Source of the DNA: a virus
Taxonomy: Duplodnaviria > Heunggongvirae > Uroviricota > Caudoviricetes
Strand: one strand, 5' to 3'
IMG/VR virus record: IMGVR_UViG_3300044796_000394
Length of the DNA stretch: 64,000 bases
Part shown: positions 27,027 through 36,251 of the stretch, in pieces
Layout of the letters: each line of letters begins with the position of its first letter
How positions within the stretch are numbered: the stretch's first letter is position 1
Made by a program: the position numbers and the translations under genes
The notes under the pieces: model-generated
The model's input: the letters and a program-made list of their open reading frames with translations, nothing else
Database searches by the model: none
Told to the model about the DNA's origin: nothing

Positions 27027-27171
27027 AACGTTCTTTGAATTCTTCTTTAGATTCTTCTTTGCGAGTCTCTTGAAGATTCTCCGCTAAGTCGCCCATACCT
27101 TCCTTGCTCAACCACTTCTTAAAATCGTGAAGTGAAAAGGTAGGATCTTCGTCTTCGTTATAATCGTTCAT
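26992..27171 (-). CDS. 59-aa hypothetical protein (below the ORF-track cutoff)
   Basis: MNDYNEDEDPTFSLHDFKKWLSKEG...DKVRRRRKK. It has an ATGA overlap with the upstream gene. Confidence 0.55.
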   Translation of the reverse strand: MNDYNEDEDPTFSLHDFKKWLSKEGMGDLAENLQETRKEESKEEFKERFKDKVRRRRKK

Positions 27172-27356
27172 TGTCCAGAGTCCAATTTAGTACCTCTTCT
27201 ATCTTGATCGTATCTAAAGAACGAAATAGAAGGTATCTTGTATTTATCAGGGATTATCTTATTTTTTGGCGGGGGAGCGCCGTTATCGGCCAATTTCTTG
27301 TCTCCTAATCCCTGCCCGCCCCACATTGCTCGCCACTCGGTAAAAGTTATCATCAC
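27168..27356 (-). CDS. small hypothetical protein
   Basis: Starts MITFTEW and is coupled to its neighbours. Confidence 0.5.
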   Translation of the reverse strand: MMITFTEWRAMWGGQGLGDKKLADNGAPPPKNKIIPDKYKIPSISFFRYDQDRRGTKLDSGQ

Positions 27357-28198
27357 CTAAACCACTCTGCTAGATACGTGAGTGATATATAGTCCGCATT
27401 ATTCAACTTACTACCATAAGAAGCATTTGCAACTTTAACATCAGCCTTCTTCATCCAAAATAACATACCATCCAAAATAGAGTCAGACATTACATGAGGT
27501 GAATAAGTAAACAAACCATTATCTAATTCAACAGCACCGGGCCTTGCCTTCTCAAACGACTCATCACATCCAACAATCGCCAACTGTGACACACCAAACT
27601 TGTACGCCAAGTGAGTCGCAGCACACACTGGATTACGATAATCATCTACTGTATAAGACGCTTGACGTTTTCCAAACCTAGCTGTAGGAGTTGGGGAATA
27701 TTTATAAGTCACAATCTTGCGATTAACTATATGTCTCACAAAAGCAGGATAAGTCCTATTACTGACAATCACCTTTGGAACCTTAGCCACACAAGGCAAA
27801 AACGACATACACTCAACATAAGGATTATTAGCGATGTAATAATTCATCCGCAAATCAGAAGGCCATTTATTCAAGACACCATTAACGCCGATAATAGCCA
27901 CCGAACGAGGCAAAGCACTCACTGCCTTAATGACTTCGGCAAAATTATGACCATCTGAAACGATAACAGCTTTTTGCTGCCGAATAGTTTCCATGTCAAT
28001 TGGTGCCATCCTCACCATTTGATTTTGAGATTCATTGGTTGCCAATAACCCATATTCTCTTTCGGACAAAAGATTGTTAATGTCCAGAGATTGCCCACCT
28101 TTGGTAAAATCTCTGATCCACAAACCATTGGCCGTTAAGACGTACTGATTTTGGTTCTTACTTTTTTTGATTATTGTTTTCACGTTATAACTTAACAA
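27353..28198 (-). CDS. MptE-like/Maf (DUF115) fold protein, possible glycosyltransferase
   Basis: AVIVSDGHNF, IIGVN and ATHLAYKFGVSQLAIVGCD are degenerate versions of the family pattern IxxxGPS...A..LG...I.L.G.D. Confidence 0.55.
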   Translation of the reverse strand: MLSYNVKTIIKKSKNQNQYVLTANGLWIRDFTKGGQSLDINNLLSEREYGLLATNESQNQMVRMAPIDMETIRQQKAVIVSDGHNFAEVIKAVSALPRSVAIIGVNGVLNKWPSDLRMNYYIANNPYVECMSFLPCVAKVPKVIVSNRTYPAFVRHIVNRKIVTYKYSPTPTARFGKRQASYTVDDYRNPVCAATHLAYKFGVSQLAIVGCDESFEKARPGAVELDNGLFTYSPHVMSDSILDGMLFWMKKADVKVANASYGSKLNNADYISLTYLAEWFR

Positions 28199-28418
28199 TC
28201 ATTGACTCTAAAAGGAATTTCGATTCACCATTGGTAAATTCAACCAAAGCAGCAAACCGACCACCACAAATCGCTGCCGTATCCCTTGGCAATATTGACC
28301 ACCATTGAATTTTTCCGTCAACCAACAAACCTTTGCTAAAATATCTTACTAAGTACCCAACAGGATATTTTTTTTCCAAAGCCTTTATATGAATTTCATC
28401 AAGCCATTCATTTAACAT
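28185..28418 (-). CDS. hypothetical protein
   Basis: Small ORF with an AGGAG SD before ATG 28418. Confidence 0.5.
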   Translation of the reverse strand: MLNEWLDEIHIKALEKKYPVGYLVRYFSKGLLVDGKIQWWSILPRDTAAICGGRFAALVEFTNGESKFLLESMIVKL

Positions 28419-28419
28419 A

Positions 28420-30291
28420 TTATCTCCTAGCACATGGCGTAATTACGACGCAAGGATAACTCTCATCAACTTCAGTACCAGCAGCACTGACAACTAAATT
28501 GATTTTAACGGGTTCCAAAGGAATTGGAGGGCCATTATAGAACATAGGAATTTTAGCAGACTCAGGTACTTCAACTTGAATCTTCGGCATCTTATTTGGG
28601 AACTCTACACCAATCGCAGGCATCTTCTCTGGGAACTCAACCTTAAGTCTCGCCAGATCAGGAACACTAATCGGAATAGATAAATTACGCAAAGGCTCCA
28701 AATTGAAATTCAAATCAGGTATATTCGGTACACGTACATGAATTTCTTCCGGAACGTTATGCTTGATTTGAATGTCTGGAATATCAGGTGGTAACAACTT
28801 GAATTCGCCATTGAACGGCACTTCTTCATGAGATACATTTTCTTCATTATCATCAGCTAACAAATTAGCACGACGACGACGCATCTTAGGACTTTCCAAT
28901 CTCAACACCGCATTCAACGTCGGCATACCACTCCAGTCAACTTTAACGTCTGGAATCTTGGGTACTTTAATTTTTACACTCTTGGCAAACTCTTGTCTGA
29001 ATTGCGTAAACACAGTACGAATAGATTCAGCATCAAACTCTAGCTTTGGTACCGCTTCAAATCTCAACGCAGTAGAAAGACTAATCATGCTTGGAAAATG
29101 AATAGAGCTAATAGCCCGTTCAATACCACGCAAGCTGATAGACTCCAAACGAATAACGCTAGGAATGTCAGCCCGAATAGGTTCTACTTGAAGTACCGGC
29201 AAATTACAAGGCCCAAACTGAATTGGCGGAATTGGCGGCGGTGGCCCAAACATCATCATCGATGGCGTATTCTTAAAATTCACAACACTCGGAATTACAA
29301 TACTCGGCCCAAAAATACGACTAGGTATTCTAATGGGTGGTGAGAACTTAATCTGACTCGGTATGTGAACCGGCGTAATCTTAATTTGACTTGGCGTGTT
29401 TCCACCACCACCGGGGATACTCGTAATACCCGGCAATAAAATCGGTGGTAAATTCAACGACGAAGCCGGTACGATCATACTAGGGATCGTAGTCGGTGGA
29501 ATTTCTGGTGGAACCGGAATGTTAATGGTAAACGGTGGTGGTGTCGTTGAAGGGGGCAACGGAACATTCAAAGTCGGTTCAGGCGGCAATACTGGACTTA
29601 CAACGAGCTGACACGATTGACCCTCTAAAACTAATACAGGCGTTATTGTTGAACCCGGCGAATAAACATGTGTACCACTTTTTTGAGAAGTCGTAAAAGT
29701 TCCATCGCCGAATTGAAGGTTAAACGTTGCGCTACCACGAATATCCAAACTATATCGGATAGTTGTACCAGTAACCGGACTGGCTGAAACTACCTCATAA
29801 ACAAAATCAACATCCGGACACAAATCATCCACCAAAAACGGAGAATCGGCCAAATGACGAATTCGCCAATCCAACGTCGTTACATCTTCGGAAAAGTTTT
29901 CGCCAATAAATGATTCAGCCAACAAAGTAGCATTAGCAATTTGATTATGATGTTCGGCGATTACAAAACCACGCACCCAAGTACCAGCCGCATTAAACTG
30001 CGTATTACGTCCACCAATTTGTCTGGTACACTTTTTGAGACGACAAACTTTACCGTTAGAATTCTTTTGTACTGAGCCAAAATAAAATAATTCGCCGGAT
30101 ATGGTAGCATAGCCATTATTTGGCCAAACCTCAGACTCGTCAAGTTTTCGTGGACGTACAGGGATTTCATCCGCCCAAGCATCGGTATCAACCGTTGTTT
30201 TCGATTCGGATGTGTTGTATACCTTGAATAGCGTATAATCGGAGTCTATTGCTACAGGGTACGTCGGTGATGGCGGAAACAAGAATGACAT
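28420..30291 (-). CDS. Probable virion structural protein with a PKD-like segment and long Pro-rich region
   Basis: It shares the N-terminal YP...D.D..L..V / AEHHN domain with its neighbours, has FGDG...HVYSPG, and its C-terminal half is Pro/Ile/Ser-rich. Confidence 0.7.
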   Translation of the reverse strand: MSFLFPPSPTYPVAIDSDYTLFKVYNTSESKTTVDTDAWADEIPVRPRKLDESEVWPNNGYATISGELFYFGSVQKNSNGKVCRLKKCTRQIGGRNTQFNAAGTWVRGFVIAEHHNQIANATLLAESFIGENFSEDVTTLDWRIRHLADSPFLVDDLCPDVDFVYEVVSASPVTGTTIRYSLDIRGSATFNLQFGDGTFTTSQKSGTHVYSPGSTITPVLVLEGQSCQLVVSPVLPPEPTLNVPLPPSTTPPPFTINIPVPPEIPPTTIPSMIVPASSLNLPPILLPGITSIPGGGGNTPSQIKITPVHIPSQIKFSPPIRIPSRIFGPSIVIPSVVNFKNTPSMMMFGPPPPIPPIQFGPCNLPVLQVEPIRADIPSVIRLESISLRGIERAISSIHFPSMISLSTALRFEAVPKLEFDAESIRTVFTQFRQEFAKSVKIKVPKIPDVKVDWSGMPTLNAVLRLESPKMRRRRANLLADDNEENVSHEEVPFNGEFKLLPPDIPDIQIKHNVPEEIHVRVPNIPDLNFNLEPLRNLSIPISVPDLARLKVEFPEKMPAIGVEFPNKMPKIQVEVPESAKIPMFYNGPPIPLEPVKINLVVSAAGTEVDESYPCVVITPCARR

Positions 30292-30318
30292 ATCTTATCT
30301 ATCGCTACTTGCTGTCCT

Positions 30319-32463
30319 TTAATAAACGGTCATATTGAATTGTTCGCCCGAAGGACGATCCGGCAATTTCGAGAAGGTCAAATCAATTTCACTGAATTTC
30401 AAGAAAGAGGAATTCGTGTAATCAAAACTCAAATAAGCGTTATGATTGCCGTCACCATTAGCTATCAAAGAATTAGCCGGGGAATCAAAGTTAACTACCG
30501 AAGAATCCTGTAAACTACTGAATGCTGGACTACCTACACCCGGACCGCCTGTTGACCAAACATTCGTCGTTGGATTATAAACAGCGACCTCACCAGTATT
30601 GTTGAAGAAATAAACACCGTTTGATAACGATACCAACTGACCTTCATGCTTGGTATCACCCGGAACATCAGGCAACTTACGTATGACCCTCATAGGATCG
30701 CCTAAAACGCCTTCTGTGCGATAAAAACTCTTAATGCGGAAATATTGTCCCGTACCATCATTGCGTGCTATAAAGCCCGTAGAATTGCGCCAGCAGGTTC
30801 GGTAGACGCTAAACTCACCATCGATACCATCCCCAACGTTACTTGTTAACTCCCCCGCACCATTTTGGAACATTTCAGGTCTAAGAGTTTGACCACCAAC
30901 AGTTAGCGTAGATAAATCTACAATTTGAAGGTCGGTATCCGTTATATCGGTTGGGCTACCGGGCCTCGTACCAAACATAAAATAAATACTACTAGGCGAA
31001 TTCAGAGATAGCCAATTCCAAGAGCGAGTTAAATAATTGGAAGTGCCACTAATATTCGGTGCCGAGAAAGTATCTGTAAAACCACTATACTCAGCAAATC
31101 GAATCACTTGCGATGATGAATAGTCAGCAGCACCTTCACTCCAATATAATATCGAAGCACCTTGATCGCCCGATGTAACCAATGATCGTGGCGTGAATCC
31201 ATTATTTCTTCTGAACTCTCGCTTCTGCTGATCTTCACTAGGTTGTCCAGTAAGAAATGCCGAATTGCGAGATACAGACAAGCTGGTAGCTGTTCTGGTT
31301 TTGAAAGTCTCGCACAAAAGACCGAATTCGTGCATTTGAAGGTTCTTAGTAACCGCAGTCGACATCGCCGAAGGATCAAAGATACCCATCCAAACGTTCG
31401 TATTTTCAACAACATCTACCACTTGAGGAAACGTTGTAATTCTGAATGAACCAAAAGTAGAATTTGCTCTCAATTTAATGTCATATAATCCACCCAAACT
31501 CCAAAGACCTTCAGCATGACTACCGGACGAATGAGGTACGTCATCCGACATACTCCAACTATAAGACACAATGGGATCTGAACTTTGTTCACCATTATCA
31601 AGTACTGCCATATCAACAGGCACATTCGCCTTTGTTTTCAGTACACCACCTATGAGTTGTTGTGTTGGAGAAGGATCAAATTCAATCGTTGCCTCATCTG
31701 GTGCAAGCGTTCTGGCTTGGATATAATTCGGCAAAACAATCGTATCTGTTCCATAAGGATTTGTTACGGTTAACGTCAAATCATACACACCCGGAACAGT
31801 GTAAGTTTTTGTTACATCGCCGGGGGTTGGGGCTACATCCGCAGTACCTTCTGCTTGACCGGGAACAAAAGCAAAATTCAATGTTTGAGTTGTACTGTCA
31901 CCAAAATCATAAACATATTGCGTTGGCGCTCTTAAACTCAAATCTTTGATGGAAATAGTAAACGGAACAATGCCAACTCTACTATTAACAGTTAGCCAAG
32001 CTTTGGGTTTCAATACCAATTTTCTAAGATAGTTAATTCTAGCTTCCATGCTCCCCGTCAAAGGAGTTGTGGAAATATCGCCTCTTTTGCCAGCAAATTC
32101 TTCAATATTAATCAGAGCGTCTTTGAGAGAATTGTGGTGATCGGCAACAACATTCATAGTAACGTTAGTCAATCGTTTCGGCTTAGCAACGTCGGTAAAT
32201 TCAGGCAACAATTCGAGACCAACAAACCCCGTAGAGGATTTACCGGTATAAGTAAACGAAATGGCTCGTAAGGTAACATCAAAGTTGCACTGTTCGGTCA
32301 ACGTGATGATACCAGTAGGCGGAAACTTAGCTAATGCAGCAGTATCGTCAACTGTCAAACTAACATCGCCGGGATTGTAATCTTCGGCAAGTTTGACACG
32401 CAAACTATCGTGTACTAGATGAAGCTCAGCATCGGTGTCTAATGAAGTAGGATAATTACTCAT
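30319..32463 (-). CDS. PKD-domain virion structural protein
   Basis: YVYDFGDS...KTYTVPGVYDLTLTVTNPYG and ADHHNSLKDALINIE. Confidence 0.75.
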   Translation of the reverse strand: MSNYPTSLDTDAELHLVHDSLRVKLAEDYNPGDVSLTVDDTAALAKFPPTGIITLTEQCNFDVTLRAISFTYTGKSSTGFVGLELLPEFTDVAKPKRLTNVTMNVVADHHNSLKDALINIEEFAGKRGDISTTPLTGSMEARINYLRKLVLKPKAWLTVNSRVGIVPFTISIKDLSLRAPTQYVYDFGDSTTQTLNFAFVPGQAEGTADVAPTPGDVTKTYTVPGVYDLTLTVTNPYGTDTIVLPNYIQARTLAPDEATIEFDPSPTQQLIGGVLKTKANVPVDMAVLDNGEQSSDPIVSYSWSMSDDVPHSSGSHAEGLWSLGGLYDIKLRANSTFGSFRITTFPQVVDVVENTNVWMGIFDPSAMSTAVTKNLQMHEFGLLCETFKTRTATSLSVSRNSAFLTGQPSEDQQKREFRRNNGFTPRSLVTSGDQGASILYWSEGAADYSSSQVIRFAEYSGFTDTFSAPNISGTSNYLTRSWNWLSLNSPSSIYFMFGTRPGSPTDITDTDLQIVDLSTLTVGGQTLRPEMFQNGAGELTSNVGDGIDGEFSVYRTCWRNSTGFIARNDGTGQYFRIKSFYRTEGVLGDPMRVIRKLPDVPGDTKHEGQLVSLSNGVYFFNNTGEVAVYNPTTNVWSTGGPGVGSPAFSSLQDSSVVNFDSPANSLIANGDGNHNAYLSFDYTNSSFLKFSEIDLTFSKLPDRPSGEQFNMTVY

Positions 32464-33437
32464 GATACGACCAGCGGGTCTACCGTCCTTACAATTTTCT
32501 TTGTACCATCGGCAAAAAGTACTAGGACGCTAGGGTTATACGTTCCTTTGGTTGTGTATGTATGGGTTGCAGTATGAATGTCAGGATCTAATACGGAAGT
32601 TGCATTGCCATCATCCCATTGCCAATAACGACTTGTAATTTGACCGTCTGTTTGATCGGTAAAAGTAAATACCGTTGATACAGTACCCGCCGAAGGTTCA
32701 TAGTAAAAGAAAGCGGGCTTATAATAATCACTCACCGTAATATAGTCTGTTTTAGTTGCATACCCTTGAGCACCCAACTTAGTAATCACATTAAGCTGTA
32801 CCGTATAAACACCATTACTTTGATAAGTATGTGTTGGAGCAGCTTCTATTGAAGTACCGCCGTCACCAAAGTCCCAAAAATATCGCAATATATCGCCACT
32901 GGAAAAATTCTGGAACTTAACTTCTAAAGGTGCTGATCCATAACGTGGCCCAGCTTGAAAAACCGGTCTTGGAGCAAGGAATCTGGTTTCAAGAGCTTTC
33001 AATAATCCATTCAAAGAAGCAGGAGCAGGATCAACATCAACACCAAGATTTGTTTCAATATTAATCAAAGCATCTTTAACGGCATTGTGAGGTTCCGCTG
33101 AAACAACCGCTGCTACCGGTGTTCCAATGGGCCATTGATCTTGTCTACTACCAGCAAAGCCTCTTTTAAGCCGACGAAATGAATTATCTGTTTTCTGATC
33201 ATAATAAACAGATTCGGTACCAACACAAATAATACCTTGTGCCGGAAATCCTTCAGTAGACTCTACAAGGAAATAAGGACTTCCGTAACTCGCACTTTGA
33301 GAAGTGGTTGTAATAGCATTGTTAGCAACAACGAACAATTGTTGGCTATCATCCTTTGCCACGGGATAAATACTTAAATCACCCGTTTTATAACCGAGGT
33401 CTGTGGAAGCAATTCTATCTACAAAAACGTTAGCCAT
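32460..33437 (-). CDS. Double PKD-domain virion structural protein
   Basis: YFWDFGDG...PTHTY.SNGVYTVQL, YWQWDDG...HTYTTKGTY and AEPHNAVKDALINIE. Confidence 0.8.
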   Translation of the reverse strand: MANVFVDRIASTDLGYKTGDLSIYPVAKDDSQQLFVVANNAITTTSQSASYGSPYFLVESTEGFPAQGIICVGTESVYYDQKTDNSFRRLKRGFAGSRQDQWPIGTPVAAVVSAEPHNAVKDALINIETNLGVDVDPAPASLNGLLKALETRFLAPRPVFQAGPRYGSAPLEVKFQNFSSGDILRYFWDFGDGGTSIEAAPTHTYQSNGVYTVQLNVITKLGAQGYATKTDYITVSDYYKPAFFYYEPSAGTVSTVFTFTDQTDGQITSRYWQWDDGNATSVLDPDIHTATHTYTTKGTYNPSVLVLFADGTKKIVRTVDPLVVS

Positions 33438-33443
33438 TATGCT

Positions 33444-34034
33444 TTATCTATCTTCCTTGGCGGAAATTGCTTGTTGAGAAGATGCCATAAGTTCTTTTCG
33501 GAGAGGGGCATTTTCAGGCAAAGCATTAATAGCCTTAACTGTCTCGATATCAATGGACAAACCAGATAAATCCCGAATAGCAATTTCATGACGGAACTTG
33601 GCATCCCAATATTCCAACTGAACATCGTATGATCCCCAAGGCTTTAGTGGTACATACGCAGCGATTGCCTTGTAAATCTGATGAAGATATTCTAACTCTT
33701 TTTCCCACCCACTTCTTTTAGCTTCGAGCTTTTCCGCTTGATCTACATGATTTTGAATTTTGCGATTCAACATACGCTTTTTGATAACCGACTCTTTGGT
33801 ATCCGATGGCAATTTTGCCAATTCAAGAGTTAACAATTCCACGGTGTCGGTAATTTCTGCCAATTCCGTATTCAAAGCTTTGATTGATCTTACACGACCA
33901 GACATTTCAGTAATGCACTTATGTAATTTTGCCTGATCGGTTGGCTCTTGACCTATAAGAAAATAGGTGATTTGAAACAGCGAGGTTTCGTTTCGCTCAG
34001 CCATTGAGGCCAATTTTTCAATTTCTGGATTCAT
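33444..34034 (-). CDS. coiled-coil phage protein
   Basis: FQITYFL...Q, a heptad-rich core and EYWD.KF. Confidence 0.6.
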   Translation of the reverse strand: MNPEIEKLASMAERNETSLFQITYFLIGQEPTDQAKLHKCITEMSGRVRSIKALNTELAEITDTVELLTLELAKLPSDTKESVIKKRMLNRKIQNHVDQAEKLEAKRSGWEKELEYLHQIYKAIAAYVPLKPWGSYDVQLEYWDAKFRHEIAIRDLSGLSIDIETVKAINALPENAPLRKELMASSQQAISAKEDR

Positions 34035-34038
34035 AAAG

Positions 34039-34563
34039 TTAAATTAGTCTTGCGCCTACGATTGCTTTGAATTGATAGCCCATTTCAATCGCCTTATTTG
34101 CCCACAAAAGTTTGGCAATCTTAATATCAGCGATAGAATCACCCATTGGATCAATATCTTTTACCACTTGTGTCGGCAACAACAATCCGTTAAGTGTTGC
34201 TTCGTCAAACGTCCACTTTCTGTCAACTACCGGAAACAAAATATCCGTCTCGGAAGTACAGAAATATTCGTGTTTCTTTAAAGTATTCAATCGCAAAAAA
34301 GTGCCACTCGTTACGAACAAACACCATTTTTGCTGAATAGACCGCACACCCACATCCAAGAGCGAAGTGATCGTTTTACCCCCTATAACAATGGGGCAGT
34401 GTTTCTTGATTTCCGGCAATTCGGCATTTTTACTGCCGACAACACACTTAAGGTTTGCTTGTGGGAAAAAATCCTTAGCCGTTCTCACCGTAATTTTCAC
34501 GGAAGACGGATCGCTCTCAGGATTCAGGATAACGATCCCAAGAGAGTCTGTAATTTTTATCAT
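34039..34563 (-). CDS. degenerate glycosyltransferase-A-like protein
   Basis: GIVILNP...T, ITSLLDVGVR...KWCLFVTSG and ILFPVV resemble the GT2 topology, but there is no DxD. Confidence 0.4.
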   Translation of the reverse strand: MIKITDSLGIVILNPESDPSSVKITVRTAKDFFPQANLKCVVGSKNAELPEIKKHCPIVIGGKTITSLLDVGVRSIQQKWCLFVTSGTFLRLNTLKKHEYFCTSETDILFPVVDRKWTFDEATLNGLLLPTQVVKDIDPMGDSIADIKIAKLLWANKAIEMGYQFKAIVGARLI

Positions 34564-35357
34564 TAGGAATAAAGAACGTCAAAATCTATGACTAAAACAT
34601 CGGAAAGTGTAATAGCGTCCGAAAGAACGAATGTACCATCAGTAACAATTCCATCATCATCAACACCCTCTGTGAAAGAGTATGTCGTCGGCACATAATC
34701 AGTACCGTTATAAATTGGAACATCTACAGAAGCATTTTGGCTGAGTCGGATGCCATTAAGATAAACCCTCAACGATCCAGTCTGGTAAGGCGTGGAAATG
34801 CTGGTGGTCTTATAATTCTTATAGTCAGGTGACATTAAATTTACTGGAACAGGATTAATTCCATAATAATGTGTATGTCTAACCGATGCCGGAAAAGCAT
34901 TATCAGCATACATATAACCGCCCTGATACCGCCAAGTAACCGTATCAGAACCCTTAATATTTAAGTTGCCGTAATCAAAACCCAGAATACCACTGATTGT
35001 TGTAAAACTTAAACCAAAATTTGTCGCACCACTATCAATCAAACTTAACTTAGATCGTTCACCGGTGGTCATTCTAACGAAGCCATCACTGTCCAAGTGT
35101 TCTGAAATCTTATGAAGAGCGTTATCAATCGCCACACTCTTAATACTGCCGTCGTCTTCCAAAGATTTATTCAATCGATTTGACAGCGTACCAGCACTTC
35201 CGATTGAGTCACGCAAAATTTGAGAATCATTTTCAACCTGCCCATTAACCATATTGATCCGAGTCACCAAAGCGTCAATCGGTATCTGATCGGCCAAATG
35301 GTGGTATGGCGTCATCGGCTGAAAAATAGGAACTGGAATTAATTCTAAATTTGGCAT
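34563..35357 (-). CDS. probable virion structural protein
   Basis: SLRVYLNGIRL and a beta-rich C-terminus, within the structural block. Confidence 0.6.
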   Translation of the reverse strand: MPNLELIPVPIFQPMTPYHHLADQIPIDALVTRINMVNGQVENDSQILRDSIGSAGTLSNRLNKSLEDDGSIKSVAIDNALHKISEHLDSDGFVRMTTGERSKLSLIDSGATNFGLSFTTISGILGFDYGNLNIKGSDTVTWRYQGGYMYADNAFPASVRHTHYYGINPVPVNLMSPDYKNYKTTSISTPYQTGSLRVYLNGIRLSQNASVDVPIYNGTDYVPTTYSFTEGVDDDGIVTDGTFVLSDAITLSDVLVIDFDVLYS

Positions 35358-36217
35358 TATCCTTTATTTACCGTCTCATCGGCTTTTTCGATAAGTTCAA
35401 TTTTTCCAAAAAACCTATTACCTTCTCGCATAAGTTTTTTCCCGTAACGCATAATATGAGCAGGCCCAAAAAGCGAATCACCAATAGGTTGAACAACATT
35501 CAAAGGAATATAAGGTGCCCAAATATAACTAGAATCCGTATATCTCTCACCCTTATAGCCAAACAAGATCGCATTCCATCTAATGGACTCAGTAACGTGA
35601 ACCTTATATCTGAACCTATAAGTTTGAAAAATATTGGTAAATCGATTGTAGATGATTGGATGTACTACGATCCAATTTGGAAACCGCCAATTATTTTCAT
35701 TTGAAATTTTATATGAAACTTCGTAATTGATTTGACCCATGTCCCGCCAAAGTTGCTCGGCAGTTAGATCCGATTGGTTGGTTTTGATTGTGGCACAATT
35801 ATTAACTAGATCGGTCAATATTTCACGATCAATATCATTTCTTATATCTTCTGCCAACAAATCAATATTACTTGGATCTCTCAAACCCTTGAATTTTCGT
35901 GTTACCGCAACACATGCTTCTTCTTGATCAAACGAAAATAAATTTGAATTTGGACCAAGTTTCGGCTGAACAGAAACCAATTTGAAAGCCAATAAGTTCG
36001 GATAAGACTTGGCAATCACATCTATGAATGATGAATTTCCCTGATGTGGCAATTGAGAATTCAATAAACTCTGATTGACCATCATCAAGGCAGTACATGT
36101 TTCAATGTGCTGGTCAGCATTATCTTTCAAATGACCAGATGCTTTCCATTTGTCAATTTGGGCTTCTGCCACCCAAGTGTTTTGTAACTTCTGCCAAGGT
36201 TCTAATTCTTTTGCCAT
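35357..36217 (-). CDS. Shortened T4 gp23/gp24-like capsid protein paralogue
   Basis: Motifs LVSVQPKLGP, IRNDIDREILTDL, NWIVVHP, GYKG...DSSYIWAPYIPL and RYGKKLMREG. It is only 286 aa from ATG 36217. Confidence 0.75.
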   Translation of the reverse strand: MAKELEPWQKLQNTWVAEAQIDKWKASGHLKDNADQHIETCTALMMVNQSLLNSQLPHQGNSSFIDVIAKSYPNLLAFKLVSVQPKLGPNSNLFSFDQEEACVAVTRKFKGLRDPSNIDLLAEDIRNDIDREILTDLVNNCATIKTNQSDLTAEQLWRDMGQINYEVSYKISNENNWRFPNWIVVHPIIYNRFTNIFQTYRFRYKVHVTESIRWNAILFGYKGERYTDSSYIWAPYIPLNVVQPIGDSLFGPAHIMRYGKKLMREGNRFFGKIELIEKADETVNKG

Positions 36218-36251
36218 ATCATATAATAATAGCTCACGAACTAAATATCGC

